From the human T2T-CHM13v2.0 reference genome, Homo sapiens: 64,000 nucleotides of DNA. Position numbers and translations under genes: made by a program. Every line of letters begins with the position of its first letter. Positions within the stretch are counted from its first letter, which is position 1. The notes beneath the pieces are model-generated. The model saw only the letters and a list, made by a program, of their open reading frames with translations, did not search any database and was not told the origin of the DNA. The stretch lies in NCBI RefSeq assembly GCF_009914755.1, contig NC_060936.1; one strand, 5' to 3'. Positions 29,110-42,946 of the stretch are shown piece by piece.

Positions 29110-29270
29110 CTCTGACTAATTTGTAGTGGTGGCTGAGCAAACCACTGACCCTTTCTGGACCTTGGCTTCTCCATCTATAAAATGGACATGGCAGCAGACA
29201 GCCTCTCTGCCTCACAGGCTCTTATGAAAATTAAGTGGGACAAGAAACAAAAGTGCTATCAATGCTGAAA
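29110..29270 (+). mobile_element. MIR
   Basis: CTCCATCTATAAAATGG...GCCTCACAGG. Confidence 0.65.
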
Positions 29271-29769
29271 AGTCCTCTGCAAACTACGTCATAACCGAAT
29301 AAATGATCCCTTGTGCCAAAAATGCAAAAATGTTTCACAATTTATTGCTTAAGCGGAAACATCTGGCTAAGGAAACTTGAAAAAGGCAGCAACCTTTCCG
29401 ACCAAAGCAATTTCATCTAATAGGTGGTCTCTGGAGTCTCCCCTTCAGCTCTGATTTGTCCGTTGCTGAGAATTTCACTTTAAAATATGTGAGCCTTGCA
29501 CTTTTTTTTTTTTTTTTGCACTTCTGCTTTCTCTATATTTTTGACAAGGTTAGAAAAGGAAAACCTTAAACATGATAAATATCCATTGTTGGGCATTCCA
29601 GCTAACGTATAGGAATTGTGTCCATAAATTTATTCACCAATGTCTTTTAATTGTAGAGCAAACTGGAGGGAACCAGAATTACATAGGAATCTTAGAAGCA
29701 ACCTCAGCAGGCTACAATTAGTCTACAATGAATGAGTTTCCCACCTGGCTTACAAGACAGTGAACCCAG

Positions 29770-30130
29770 AAGCCAAATCCAACCACATTTTGCACCTGTT
29801 TAAAAACTTGTTAATGACTTACAGTGCCCTCTGTATAAAGACCAAGCTCCTTGGCATAGCACTGAGGTCCATTCCAGTCTGACCGTTCCTTACCTCTCCA
29901 TCCCTGCTGCTCACCGCTCACCTTCTTGGGCTTCTAGTGTTAATACAACTGTCTCATCTCTGGCCTCTGTGTATACTAATCTCCCACCTAGTACACTTTC
30001 CCGCATCCATCCTTGCCTAGCTAACTCCTTTGTCCTTCATATCTGACTTTAGATGCCCTCTCTGAGAAATCTTCCCTAAACCCCTAAGACTGGATTTCAT
30101 GTTTCTTGTCTTTTACCCCTTACCACTAAG
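29770..30130 (+). mobile_element. L2 fragment
   Basis: AAGCTCCTTGGCATAGCA...CTAGCTAACTCC...TCTTCCCTAAACCC. Confidence 0.65.
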
Positions 30131-30624
30131 GTGGTCTTACCTCTAAGGTGTCAGATGATAATTTCCAAAAAGTTAAAGGTGTGACTCTCATGCAAATACA
30201 TCAAAGTCTATGCCAAAGATTTATTTAACTCGTTAATGAGAGAACCAGCAGGATGATAAAGTTGGATTGAAGGAACCTATAAGAAGCTGAGTATATACAG
30301 AATAGTCAGTGAAAGCAAGGATGCTGAAGTAAGACTGCTGACCTAGGTACAAAACTGAATAATGTCCTAGAAGCAACACAATTATAACCCTTTGGAACTG
30401 TTTATTCCAATGGAGAGAAATCATTTACATCTCTGCCAGACAAAAATCATTTGCAACTTATCAATTTCCTACAAATTAAGATCTAACTTTTCAGGATCTA
30501 GACCATAAGAATTTGTGATAGTGAGCCAAATCAAGGATTTCAGATGACGCTTGGGCTGGCCCATTAGACAAGGCTTTAGAATGACACTGAAGGACACACA
30601 GACATCTTGCTGGGTAATTTTTAA

Positions 30625-30677
<53 letters not shown>
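30625..30677. repeat. (TG)n microsatellite
   Basis: Direct observation. Confidence 0.98.
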
Positions 30678-30679
<2 letters not shown>

Positions 30680-30689
30680 ACCAGTGACA

Positions 30690-30850
30690 TCAATACTCCT
30701 TTGTAACTACCTGTTATCTTGTCTGAAATTCCCAGTAAACTGAAAGCATCTAGGGACAACAATTGTGTTTTGTTTACTCTTGTAGCCTCTGACCCTAGTT
30801 TAGTGCCTAAGATATAGTAGGCACTCAGATAGTTATTACTGAATGAGTTA
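30690..30850 (+). mobile_element. L2 3' end
   Basis: AGTGCCTAAGATATAGTAGGCACTCA...TGAATGA. Confidence 0.7.
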
Positions 30851-32402
30851 AAAGACTTCTCTTTCAGCATTGAGGTCCCCCCTTCAAGGAGCCTACCAGT
30901 TTCCCACAGATCCAGATTATGAATGATGAGGATTCTAGGCATTGATTCCAGCCCAATCTTTCCCCAACTCCAGCCAAGTGTCCCCTGTGACCCGCATCCC
31001 CTCAGTCATTTCTCCTGCTTTGTTCTACTGCACAAGCCCTAATAGTCACCTGGATGATCAGGCACAGAAGGCAGCAAGAAAGAAGCATGTCTCTGTGCAA
31101 GAAGCAGGGTCTCGCTTTTCAGGGCCCCCTGCCTAGCCCCAGTCCCAGCAGATTGGCTAGAACTGAGGCCTGATGCCTGGTGCTGCCTCTGGGAGCACAA
31201 GGGCTCCTTCTGTTCCTGGATTCAACTCCTCAGGGACAGCTACTGGGGCTCCAGGCACGTTGCTCATCATTCTAACTGGCTCACAGGGCAGCCAGATTTT
31301 CTCACAGATAATGAGCCTGTATAATTTACATCAAGACTAAATTATGCATTTAACAACGTGTTGTTCAGCAGGGATAAACTGCCTGGTTTGTGAATTGCTT
31401 TTCTTCCCACAGGAGGGAGGTACAACAGAGGGAGTGGAGACGGGGTGCACTCCACACACCTTCCAGTTATGAGGGGTCTGGAAAAGTCTGGAAAGAAAGG
31501 AATTGAAATAGCGTGAGTGAGAGTGACATTACCCACTTCGTATGTTGCCATTGTCAATCCTGTAATGGTCTCGGAAAGAGCTCAGAAAGAAACAGGGAGT
31601 TGTCTGGGTTCAGACAAAAACCACAGGGAAGAGTTTCAGACTTCTTGGCTAAGTCTTAGGCTCCACTCACCCCAGGGGTGTTGGTAGAAAGTGGATTAGG
31701 ACTGTGTGAAAAGGCAGCAGAGAAAGATCAGAAACACACCAACAAAGGCTCTGCGTGCTCTTAGAAGCAGGGCAGGTCACTGGAAAAGCTGGGAAGTGCA
31801 TGCAGTTTGCCTTTAGAGCTCCAAGTTTGCTCTTTCTGGGCCTCCTCCCTACTCTAGGGAACCTCTTTCACGGCAAGTGCTCCCTCCAGTTCTGCCTACC
31901 CCACCCCCCAAACCCTGGGGTTCACCATTTACCCTTTTATTGTGAATTTGAAAGCTGTGTATTTTCTCTCTCTCTCTTCCAGAGACATCCACACTGAAGC
32001 TTTTCCTCTGAAAAAGGAAAATAATGTGACCAAATAATTTATCATCCATCCAAGAACATTTTTGAGTACTCTTAAAAATTACACCAGAACCACAGGAATA
32101 AACCACAGCTGCTCTGGAAGGGTCCTGGGCAAGCTGGACCTAAGAGCACCCCAGAAATGAAAGTCTTTGTTTCTTTTTAAAAAATTGTCGACATCACTGA
32201 ACAGGTGAAAAGGGCTCTCTGATTCTTTCCAAAGGGGAGAGTAATGAGAAAGGATGAAAAGGAGCAGAGATGTATCAGTTAAGATGCTTTCAATTGCACA
32301 TAACTGAGTAGCCAGAGATAATGGGCTTAAATTAAAGGGATTTCTTTGTCTCACATAACAGTGGTCCAGTGACAGGTGGATCAATGGCTCAACCATAGCA
32401 GG

Positions 32403-32754
32403 TGTATTAGTCCATTCTCATTCTGCTAATAAAGACATATGCAAGACTGGGTAATTTATAAAGGGAAAAAAGAGGTTTAATGGACTCACAGTTCCACATG
32501 GGTGGGGAGGCCTCACAATCATGGTGAAGGCAGAGGAGCAAGGACACGTCTTACATGGCAGCAGGCAAGAGAGTGTGTGCAGGAGAGCTCCCCTTTATAA
32601 AACATCTTATGAGACATATTCACTATCATGAGAACAGCATGAGAAAGACCTGCCCCCATGATTCAATTACCTCCCACCGAGTCCCTCCCACCACACGTAG
32701 GGATTATTAAAATTAGAGGTGAGATGTGGGTTGGGACACAGCCAAACCATATCA
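32403..32754 (-). mobile_element. THE1B-type solo LTR
   Basis: TGTATTAGTCC...CAGCCAAACCATATCA; TSD GCAGG/TCAGG. Confidence 0.9.
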
Positions 32755-32911
32755 TCAGGGCTTCTCAGAGACTCTCCCTCACTACTGCAAGATGGCTGCT
32801 AATGCTGCATATATAATGTCTTGACAAATGCACATACAAAATGCTAGGAAGGAGGAGTCATGGCTTTTCCTCTTATCTATTTCCCTTATCACATGGAATA
32901 TATCTTGCCCA

Positions 32912-33382
<471 letters not shown>

Positions 33383-34249
33383 CTACTTGGTGAGCAACCA
33401 ACAGCATCCTCCAGAAATAACCTCCCCCTAGGCCTTATACTAAATCCCACGAGTCCTGCCTAGAAAATAACATTCAACTGGGCTCCCAGTGAGAAACACA
33501 GAGTTTCAAGCAGACAATCTTCTATAAGTTAATATCCCCAATGAGATCCTGAGAAGTTAGCTATGAATCTACTCAGATGTCCCCACTGATTGCCATGGTC
33601 TTTTCAGAAATGCTTGGTCTTCATTCTGGTTCTCTGCTGCCCTTGGTTTCTAAGCCTTTATCTGGGAGTTGTTGTCCTCCTGAGTCTGACAAGAAGTCAG
33701 GGATCTCTAAGAGGGGACTGGAATATGCCAGAGGGGGTCGGGGACAGGCGAGTGCTATCTACCATCAACACTTGGGCCTCCAAAGGGTACACTTGGATGG
33801 AGCCTTGAAGTCTGACGAGGAATTTCAATCTGACCAGATTTAAAACAGATTTTAATAGACAACACTTTCTGCAAAGGCCAATGAGGAAAACAAATCATCT
33901 TGGAAAAGCATTGGCTGAATCAAGAGATGAGACCCAAGTCCTGTGCCTGTCCTCCTCCTTCCTCTCAGGAATAGCCACTGTTCCCTGGGAGCTAACTCTG
34001 AGCCAGATTTGGAGCTAAATTCATTTAATCTTCTCAGCATTTCCATGAAAGGGGTACATTGTTATCATCACTTAGCAGATGGGAAAACTGAGTTTTAGCA
34101 AATTTCAATAACTTGCCCAAGGTAACTGTTTCCTAACTCTTAAGGTGAATAAAGGGCATAGTACAGGTCTAGCAAGTTATTAGCAATTTGATTAGCAAGT
34201 TTATTATTCATAATTATCATTAATGCTATTGCTCCCAACTCCTTATAGG

Positions 34250-34655
34250 TCCTATGTGATTTCCTCTTTCCTCTGTCCACTCTTCCCCTTGGTCACTATG
34301 CATCAGTGATACAGGCCTTATTTCCATTTCTCCACTGTCTCAAACCCTGTTCTGCCTCAGGACCTTTGTACTTCTTTCCACTGCCTGAAATGTTCTTTAC
34401 CTAGCTCCTTCCTTTCTTCAAGCCTTAACTCAAAAAGCTTTCCCTAACCACCCTAAGGTCCCCCCTTATTTTCTGTAACAGCACCCTGACTATTTCTTTT
34501 GTTGGGTTTATCATTGATATTGTCTTCTTATTTGCTTGTTCATCTCTTTCAAACTCTGCCAAAGCCTCTCTGAGGTCAATTTATTATCAGTTATCACCTT
34601 TGGTTAGAACAATGCCCAACACATAATAGGTCCTTGGTAAATTTGCTGAATACCC
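34250..34655 (+). mobile_element. L2
   Basis: GCCTCAGGACCTTTG...TGCCTGAAATGTTCTT...AGAACAATGCC. Confidence 0.75.
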
Positions 34656-34657
34656 TT

Positions 34658-34780
34658 GGCCGGGTGCAGTGGCTCACTCCTGTAATCCCAGCACTTTGGG
34701 AAGCTGAGGCAGGAGGATCACTTGAAGCCAGGACTAGCCTGGGCAACATAGCAAGACCCTGTCTGTACAAAAAAATAAAA
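34658..34780 (+). mobile_element. FLAM_C / Alu left monomer
   Basis: GGCCGGGTGCAGTGG...GCAAGACCCTGTCT plus A tail. Confidence 0.88.
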
Positions 34781-35029
34781 TTTTTTTAAGCTGCAACCCG
34801 AATCCAAGTTTGAGTAGCTCAAAAGCCTGTAGCTATGATCACCTAACTAGGAGTTTCTTGGAACACAAATTAGAAAACCGTGATCTAATCTAACCTCTCA
34901 TTTTAAAGATATGAAAATAAGGCCAAAAGGGTTTTTTTCCCCTTAAGATTATAAAGTAAATTAGTAGCTGAGTTAAAAAAAAAAAAAGAAAGAAAGAAAA
35001 AAGAACATTGGCATTGGAAACTGAAGACT

Positions 35030-35210
35030 CCACTTTACAAGTCAAACCGCCCTTGAAAAGCCAGTTAATATATCTAGCCTCAGTTTTCTCATTTGTAAAA
35101 TATCGATAAGGCAGCCTACTTCACAAAACAATTTTGAGGCCTGCATGAAATCAGGTAGGCAAGAGGCCAGCACAGTGCCCAGTCCATAGTAAGCACTCAG
35201 GAAAGGACAG
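35030..35210 (+). mobile_element. MIR
   Basis: GCCTCAGTTTTCTCATTTGTAAAAT...CATAGTAAGCACTCA. Confidence 0.75.
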
Positions 35211-35340
35211 CTTCACTTGAATCCCAGGCTAGTGTTCTTCATTTCCACCATGTTCTCACAGTGAGTGAACCCCTTCACAACATGATACATTACTCTCAAC
35301 AGATCACTTTTGCACGGGCATGTTTTTGCACTCAGTTTCC

Positions 35341-35646
35341 TTTATTTTTTTCCTTTTCTTTTTTGAGATGGAGTCTCCCTCTGTCGCCCAGGCTGGAGTG
35401 CAGTGGCACGATCTCGGCTCACTACAAGCTCTGCCTCCCGGGTTCACGCCATTCTCCTGCCACAGTCTGCTGAGTAGCTGGTACTACAGGTGCCCACCAC
35501 CACGCCCGGCTAATTTTTTGCATTTTTTAGTAGAGACGGGGTTTCACCATGTTAGCCAGGATGGTCTTGATCTCCTGACCTCATGATCTGCCCACCTCGG
35601 CCTCCCAAAGTGCTGGGATTACAGGCGTGAGCCACGGCACCTGGCC
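35341..35646 (-). mobile_element. AluY
   Basis: CAAGCTC, TTCACGCCATTCTCC; TSD TGCACTCAGTTTC. Confidence 0.95.
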
Positions 35647-35708
35647 TGCACTCAGTTTCTTATGGCAGGACTACGGGAGACTCATCAAACAATACATGAG
35701 TAGAGTCC

Positions 35709-36095
35709 TGTCTCAGTTCGTTTCTGCTGCTATAACACAATATCCAAGACTGGGTAATTTGCAAAGAACAGAGATTTATTTTCTCACAGTCCTGGAGGCT
35801 GGGAAATCCAAGATCAAGGCACCAACACATTCAGTGTCTGCTAAGGGCTACTCTCTGCTTTCAGATGGTGCCTTATTGCTATGTCCTCGTATGGCAGAAG
35901 GCAGGACAAAAGGGATCTAGTTAGTTCCCTTGAGCTCTTTTATAAGAGTACTCATCCCATTCGTAACAGGCAGAGCCTTCATGACTTACTCATCTCCTAA
36001 AGGCCCCACCTCTTAATGTTATCACATTGGCAGTTAAGTTTCAACATATGAATTTGTTGGGGGGAGGGGAGAGGGAACACATTCAGACCACGGCA
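35709..36095 (-). mobile_element. MLT1A/MSTD-type solo LTR
   Basis: GCTGCTATAACA...GGAGGCTGGGAAATCCAAGATCAAGG...ATTCAGACCACGGCA; TSD AGTCC/GGTCC. Confidence 0.88.
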
Positions 36096-36324
36096 GGTCC
36101 TAACAACTTATTTGTGAATTCCTGGTTCAGAGCTCAGTGTGCAGCCCACTGTATCAAGTCCTAGACCAGCCAACGAAAGCTGCGTTGAACCTATCCTGCA
36201 GCAGAAACACTGGTGAAGAAGCCTGGAGAAACAGAGGCCTGCAGTACCCAGTAACTAACCAGGTAGAAAAGCAGCCATCTGGTGTGTCAGGACTGGGGTG
36301 AGTGGGGTGACAGAGAGTTGTGAA

Positions 36325-36415
36325 GGGAAAGTGGAAGTGGAGGCAGGTGACTACACCTTCAGCTGACCTGAAGTCAGCTGACGTGACTTCAGCTGATGTG
36401 ATGAAATCCAGCTGG
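36325..36415. promoter_or_regulatory. Candidate enhancer: ETS/IRF-like motif plus three TCAGCTGA E-boxes at 15-bp period
   Basis: GGGAAAGTGGAAGTGG; CTTCAGCTGACCTGA-AGTCAGCTGACGTGA-CTTCAGCTGATGTGA; CCAGCTGG. Confidence 0.4.
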
Positions 36416-36574
36416 TTTCCCAGGCTGGGATGCCTTTTGCTTTCCACAATAGGAATGGCCAGTAGCTGCCAGCCCGTGGTGGAAAGAAGCAACTGGAGAT
36501 TGCAAACTCTCCTCTGCTCTCTCAACAGGCAATAGGATATTGGGGTTGCCACTGCAGGTTCTAGGGTCACAAAA

Positions 36575-36780
36575 ACACAGGTTCAAATTCTACCTCTGCC
36601 CCTTACCAACTGTGCTACATTGAACATATAACCTGAATTTCTCCCTGCCTTGGTTTCCTCCTCTATGAAATGGGAATAACAACATAGCACTGAGTTATCG
36701 AGGTTCAAAAGAAATAATACCTGGGAGGCTCCCTGCATAGTTTTTGGCATAAACCTGGCTTCAATGAGATTAGCAATTGA
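36575..36780 (+). mobile_element. MIR
   Basis: GGTTCAAATTCTACCTCTGCC..TTACCAACTGTG...TTTCCTCCTCTATGAAATGGG. Confidence 0.8.
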
Positions 36781-38440
36781 TATCAATTTACACAGTTCTA
36801 AATAGAGAAATTTTTCAAAGTAAAAGACTGAGAGATAGGGATACACAAAGGCACACAAAGACAGGTAATTTTGCTTTCTCTGCTTGCCTTTTTGCACTTT
36901 GCAAGCAAGAAGGCAGGCAAGATTCGGCTTGTGCTCAGCTTTTATGGCCGCCTCATTTCAAAACAACCTCAGGCTACAGAGATGGAACCTGCAGCTTTCT
37001 CAGAAACCAAACTTTTCTGTTTCAGGCTGCACGAATGGAGCATGAGAACACCCTACAGCCTGTTATTTGCTGCATGTTTCTACGGGCACCAGCAAAGCAC
37101 AACTTCTAGTAATGGGATCAGTAACCCAAGTGACGGAACTGAAAAGGCAAGTCTGAATTTATCTCCATCTGTCATGTTCCAGTGAACAATGAAAGCACAG
37201 TAAAGGGAAACGCTGCTTCTTGCATGTTTGTGCCAGTCCTTCCCTGCTAGGTACTATTATTAGCAGCATTAATAAATGCCTCTGACTTGCAGTAAAGGTT
37301 CAGAATGCTGGAGAGTTACAGGGCATGCCAAACACATAAACTGCCTGCCCTCAGGGCTGATGGGCACGAAGGCTATAAGATGAAGCCCAAATGGCAGAAA
37401 CATTCTGACCAGGGAGGAGTGATTGCAGGTGAGGTAGGGAGATTTTTTTTCCAGGGCTGTGCTGGAAATGAAAGAGACAAGCCTTCGCGCCCACTATTTG
37501 GCTGCTCATCCTATTCTATTCTTGGGAAATCATTGGAGAGATGAGAGAAGACAAGTGACAGTCCACTTTGAATGTCACCTCTACCATCCTGGAGCCTTGG
37601 GAGAAAGCTAAAGATGTGTCCAGCCTTATGGCTAAATAAGGTTAAGCTGGGACAGAGACTGCTCATTGTTCTCCAGAGGCTATACTCTAACTTTTAGAAA
37701 CACAGCTCTGAGTTAGCAGGGAACTCTTAAGACATGGGACTCCCCAGGGGTGAGCTAGAGACACCCACCCGGGACTCTGTGGCCGTAGGTGTGGTCACAG
37801 GATTGGGCTCTGGCCAACGGGTTGAGCACAGAATCGATGAGCACAACTTCCAAATCACAGTGTTTTTGGTGGTGGTGGTTGTTGTTGTTGTTGTTTTAAT
37901 ACAGAAACACCAAGCCTTCCATTCTTACTTTTCCCCTCCCACTGGCTGGAAAATTGGAAGAACTGAAGGAGCCACCTCAGGCCCAGGAAAAAAAACCACA
38001 TTCTGAAAGTTGCACGTCTATCCAGCCAGCAACCAACCACACCAGCTCTAAACCTCTCACCTTCCTCTGCTCCATTGCATGGAATAAAAGCAAACTTCTC
38101 TCCTACTTAAGGCACTCTGTTTTGGAGTCCCTTTCTTATAGAAGCTTATCTGATACCACATTCACAGATGTGGCTTTGAACTTGAGTAAGAGAGAAGTGT
38201 CCTGTGTTTGTAAAAGGTTAAAAGTTTATCCACATTGCCTTCCTCTTGTTCCTCTCTCCGTCCCTCACCTGCTGGGCTCTAGCTGGACCGGCCACTTTTC
38301 TGTTCTTGAACTCCTTCACTTCTTCCCCACCTCAGAGTCCTTTGCCAGGAACTCTCTGTCTTGTCACTCTTCCCTTGGTTGACTCCTCACCCTCAGTTTA
38401 CAAGTCACATTCTCAGAGAGACTTTCTTTGACCACCCTAT

Positions 38441-39240
<800 letters not shown>

Positions 39241-39241
<1 letters not shown>

Positions 39242-40108
39242 TGGGCAACGACTTCATGACTAAAACACCAAAAGCAATGGCAAAAAAAGCCAAAATAGAC
39301 AAATGGGATCTAATTAAACTAAAGAGCTTCTGCATAGCAAAAGAAACTATCATCAGAATGAACAGGCAACCTACAGAATGGGAGAAAATCTTTGCAATCT
39401 ACCCATCTGACAAGGGCTAATATCCAGAACCTACAAAGAACTTAAACAAATTTACAAGAAAAAAACAAATAACCCCATCAAAAAGTGGGCAAAGGATATG
39501 AACAGACACTTCTCAAAAGAAGACATTTATGCAGCCAACAGACATATGAAAAAATGCTCATCATCACTGGTCATCAGAGAAATGCAAATCAAAATCACAA
39601 TGAGATACCATCTCACGCCAGTTAGAATGTCAGTCATTATAAAGTCAGGAAACAACAGATACTGGAGAGGATGTGGAGAAATAGGAACTCTTTTACACTG
39701 TTGGTGGGAGTGTAAATTAGTTCAACCATTGTGGAAGACAGTGTGGCGATTCCTCAAGGATCCAGAACTAGAAATACCATTTGACCCAGCAATCCCATTG
39801 TTGAGTATATACCCAAAGGATTATAAATCATGCTACTATAAAGACACATGCACACATATGTTTCTTGTGGCACTATTCACAATAGCAAAGACTTGGAACC
39901 AACCCAAATGTCCATCAGTGATAGACTGGATTAAGAAAATGTGGCACATATACACCATGGAATACCATGCAGCCATAAAAAAGGATGGGTTCATGTCCTT
40001 TTCAGGGACATGGATGAAGCTGGAAACCATCATTCTCAGCAAACTATCACAAGGACAGAAAACCAAACACCACATGTTCTCACTCATAGGTAGGAACTGA
40101 ACAATGAA
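39241..40108 (+). mobile_element. L1PA6-like ORF2 3' fragment lacking 3' UTR, poly-A and TSD
   Basis: ORF 39498-40100 is the ORF2 cysteine-rich C-terminus; sequence ends abruptly after the stop. Confidence 0.93.
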
Positions 40109-40149
40109 CAGCTGCTCACACCAATATCCAGTCTTCACTTCTCCGCCCC

Positions 40150-41049
40150 CTCTCCAATGTGATCCTTGCGGTCATCCTTGATGACTCTCTCTCTTATCCC
40201 TCACATCCAATCCATCATTCAGTAGTGGCCACTTCTCACCTCCCCCAGCTCCCATCTTGCTCTCTTGCCCCTTCAATTTATTCTCTTCACAGTAGCTAGA
40301 TAGGAGCTTTTAAAGCATGAACTTAGTCCCCTATTCAAAACCCTCCGGAATCCCCCTTCTCATTTGGAGGAAAATCTAGTTTTGCAAAGCCTATATGCAC
40401 TTGGGCACTCCAGTCCCCACCTGTCCACCCTGAGCCTGCCCTGGCTCTCTCTATGGCAGTCTTACTGGTCTCCTTGTGGTTCTTTTTTTTTTTGAGACAG
40501 GCTCTCCCTCTGTCAGCTAGACAGGAGTGCAGTGGTGTGATCATGGCTCACTGCAACCTCTGCCTCCTAGACTCAAGCGAACCTCCTTATCTCAGCCTTC
40601 TGAGTAGCTGGGACTACAGGTGTGTACCACCATGCCTGGCTAATTTTAAGAAACAATTTTTTTTTTGTAGATATGGGGTTTTGCTGTGTTGCCCAGGCTG
40701 GTCTTGAACTCCTGGGCTCAAGCAATACTCCTGCCTCAGCCCTTGAAAAGTACTGGGATTACAGGTGTGAGCCTCTGCACCTGGCCTTCTTGTAGTTCCT
40801 TGAACACAACAAGCATCCTCTCCCCTCTGGGACACTCAGTGTTTTCCTGCCTGAAACACCCTTTCCCTCACTATCTGCTTGACTTGCACCTTCACTTCTT
40901 CCAGTCCTGTGAAATGTCACCTTACCAGTGATCCCTAACCAGCCCTTTCTCCCCTCAGCCTGCCTTCTTGTTCTCCAGTGCATATATCACCATCCTTTTT
41001 AAAACAAATTATTTGCAATTCTGTTTATTTGCATATTGTCTGCATGCCC
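40150..41049 (+). mobile_element. L2 split by AluJ
   Basis: GTCATCCTTGA...CACATCCAATCCATC...TGCCTGAAACACCCTTTCCC. Confidence 0.75.
40483..40786 (-). mobile_element. AluJ
   Basis: GATCATGGCTCAC, CCTGGGCTCAAGC. Confidence 0.92.
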
Positions 41050-41414
41050 TGTATTGGTTTGCTGGGGCTGCCATAACAAAGTACCATAGACTGTGTGGCC
41101 CAAACAACAGAATTTTATTATCTCACAGTGCTGGAGGCTAGAAGTTCAAAATTAATATGTCAATAGGGTTGGTTTCTTCTGAAGGCTGTGAAGGAAAGAC
41201 CTGTTCCAGGCCTCTCTCCCTGGTTTGTATGTGTCCATCTTCTCCTTGTGTCTCTTTGGATATGAGTCATACTGGGTTAGAGCACACCCTGATGAACTCA
41301 TTTTTATTTAATTACTTCTAAAGACCCTATCTTCAAATAAGGTCACCTTCTGAGGTACTGGGGGTTAGGACTTCAACATATAAATTTTGTGAGGACACAA
41401 TTCAACCCACAACA
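41050..41414 (-). mobile_element. MLT1B/C-type solo LTR
   Basis: GGCTGCCATAACAAAGTACCA...GAGGTACTGGGGGTTAGGACTTCAAC...CAACCCACAACA. Confidence 0.88.
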
Positions 41415-42334
41415 TTCTCCGAGAAAGAACATGAACATCATTCATCTGGTACAAAGAAAGCACTCGTTAATCTTTCTCGAATGAATCTGTCCAAATATTC
41501 ACCACTTTTATGATCATCAACATTATTATCATTATCAACCAGAAAACTTTAACTGGCATTTCTATACTTCTATAGGATACTGATGATTGGTATTAATCAT
41601 GGTATCATGAAATTCTGTAAAGATTCCCAGACATCATTTGACTAATTGGATAAAGATTACACAAAGGCTATAAGCTCAGTATACTTTTAATGTTGTCTAT
41701 TTTGTTGTATTCTACCCAAAATAAAATTTGGTCATTCATAGATAGGATTTTATATTACTTGCCAAATATCTAGAATATTTGTTTTTACTCTAGTCTAAAA
41801 GAACTTGAGGGTTTAAGTAACATACCAAAAACAGGATTTCAATAAAATGAGAATAAAAACAGATAAACCTGGATTAAGCAAAGAAAAGCAAATGTACTTG
41901 TCATGGGAGTCACTATAATTGCTCTATTTCAGCACACACTCACATTAAAAATTGGGGGCAACACAGCAGCTGGTAAAAACAATATCTCAGCTGTAGATTT
42001 ATAGCAGTCCTTCAGGAGACAGAAGATTGTGCCTTGTGTGAAACTCAAAGAAATCTCCACGTCGGGCAGCTATAGGGTACAACTGTCTGCTGCATCATTT
42101 CAATATCTTTCCCAACAGCTTCACTAAGAATTCAGAAGAATCCACGCTGTTTCTTGCATCCAGCATCATAAAAGGCAACAACATTAAAACATTAGTTCAG
42201 GTAGTTTTTGAGGTCTGTGATGCAAATTAAGAATAGCACATAGACTATGTAGTGGACTAAATAGATACCACATTCCTTAAATTCTTTCCCACAAATCTCA
42301 TTGCTTTTCAGCTGGGCTTTATGCAGGAACAGGC

Positions 42335-42550
42335 TCTAGCACAATCGTTAAGGGAGTCCGATTCTGGCTTTTAATCCAGGTTCCTCCACCTCTGAGCTAT
42401 GTGACCTAAGACAGTTACATATCTATAAAATGGGATGATTATAATGCTTATTTTGTAGGTTTGTGGATTAAAGGATTAAATTACATAATGTATGTGAAGC
42501 TTTTAACACAATGCCTGGCACGTGATAAGCACTCAGTAATGTTAGCAGTG
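42335..42550 (+). mobile_element. MIR
   Basis: AGCTATGTGACC...ATGCCTGGCAC..TAAGCACTCA. Confidence 0.8.
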
Positions 42551-42579
42551 ATTCATTGTAGCATATTTTTAGACCACAG

Positions 42580-42582
<3 letters not shown>

Positions 42583-42611
<29 letters not shown>
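42583..42611. repeat. (TG)n microsatellite
   Basis: Direct observation. Confidence 0.97.
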
Positions 42612-42614
<3 letters not shown>

Positions 42615-42946
42615 AAACTACATAGGTGAGTGGTAGAGTTCACATTCCATTATGAAAACCAAGGTGCCCAAATGGTATGCCTGCTTAAATGGAAGGCTAC
42701 ACTCTGTTCACATGTTCCCATGAAAGAGGGATATAAGGGAATCTGTTCTAGTTTCACTAGAACACCCTGTTCTCTGATAGACAACAGTGTGTTAACAATA
42801 TTTATAATTTCCCAAAAGTAATGTTCTCATTATGACCACCAGTTTCATTTCTTGGTATTAATTCACTCCATTAAATGGAAAACAAAGAGACTCTAATTAC
42901 CCAACTCTAATTACACCACCAAAAACCTTTGTACGGACAACCCATC

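Noticed and set aside
30149-30473. LTR-like segment bounded by TG...CA
   Set aside because: No matching TSD and family not recognised with confidence.
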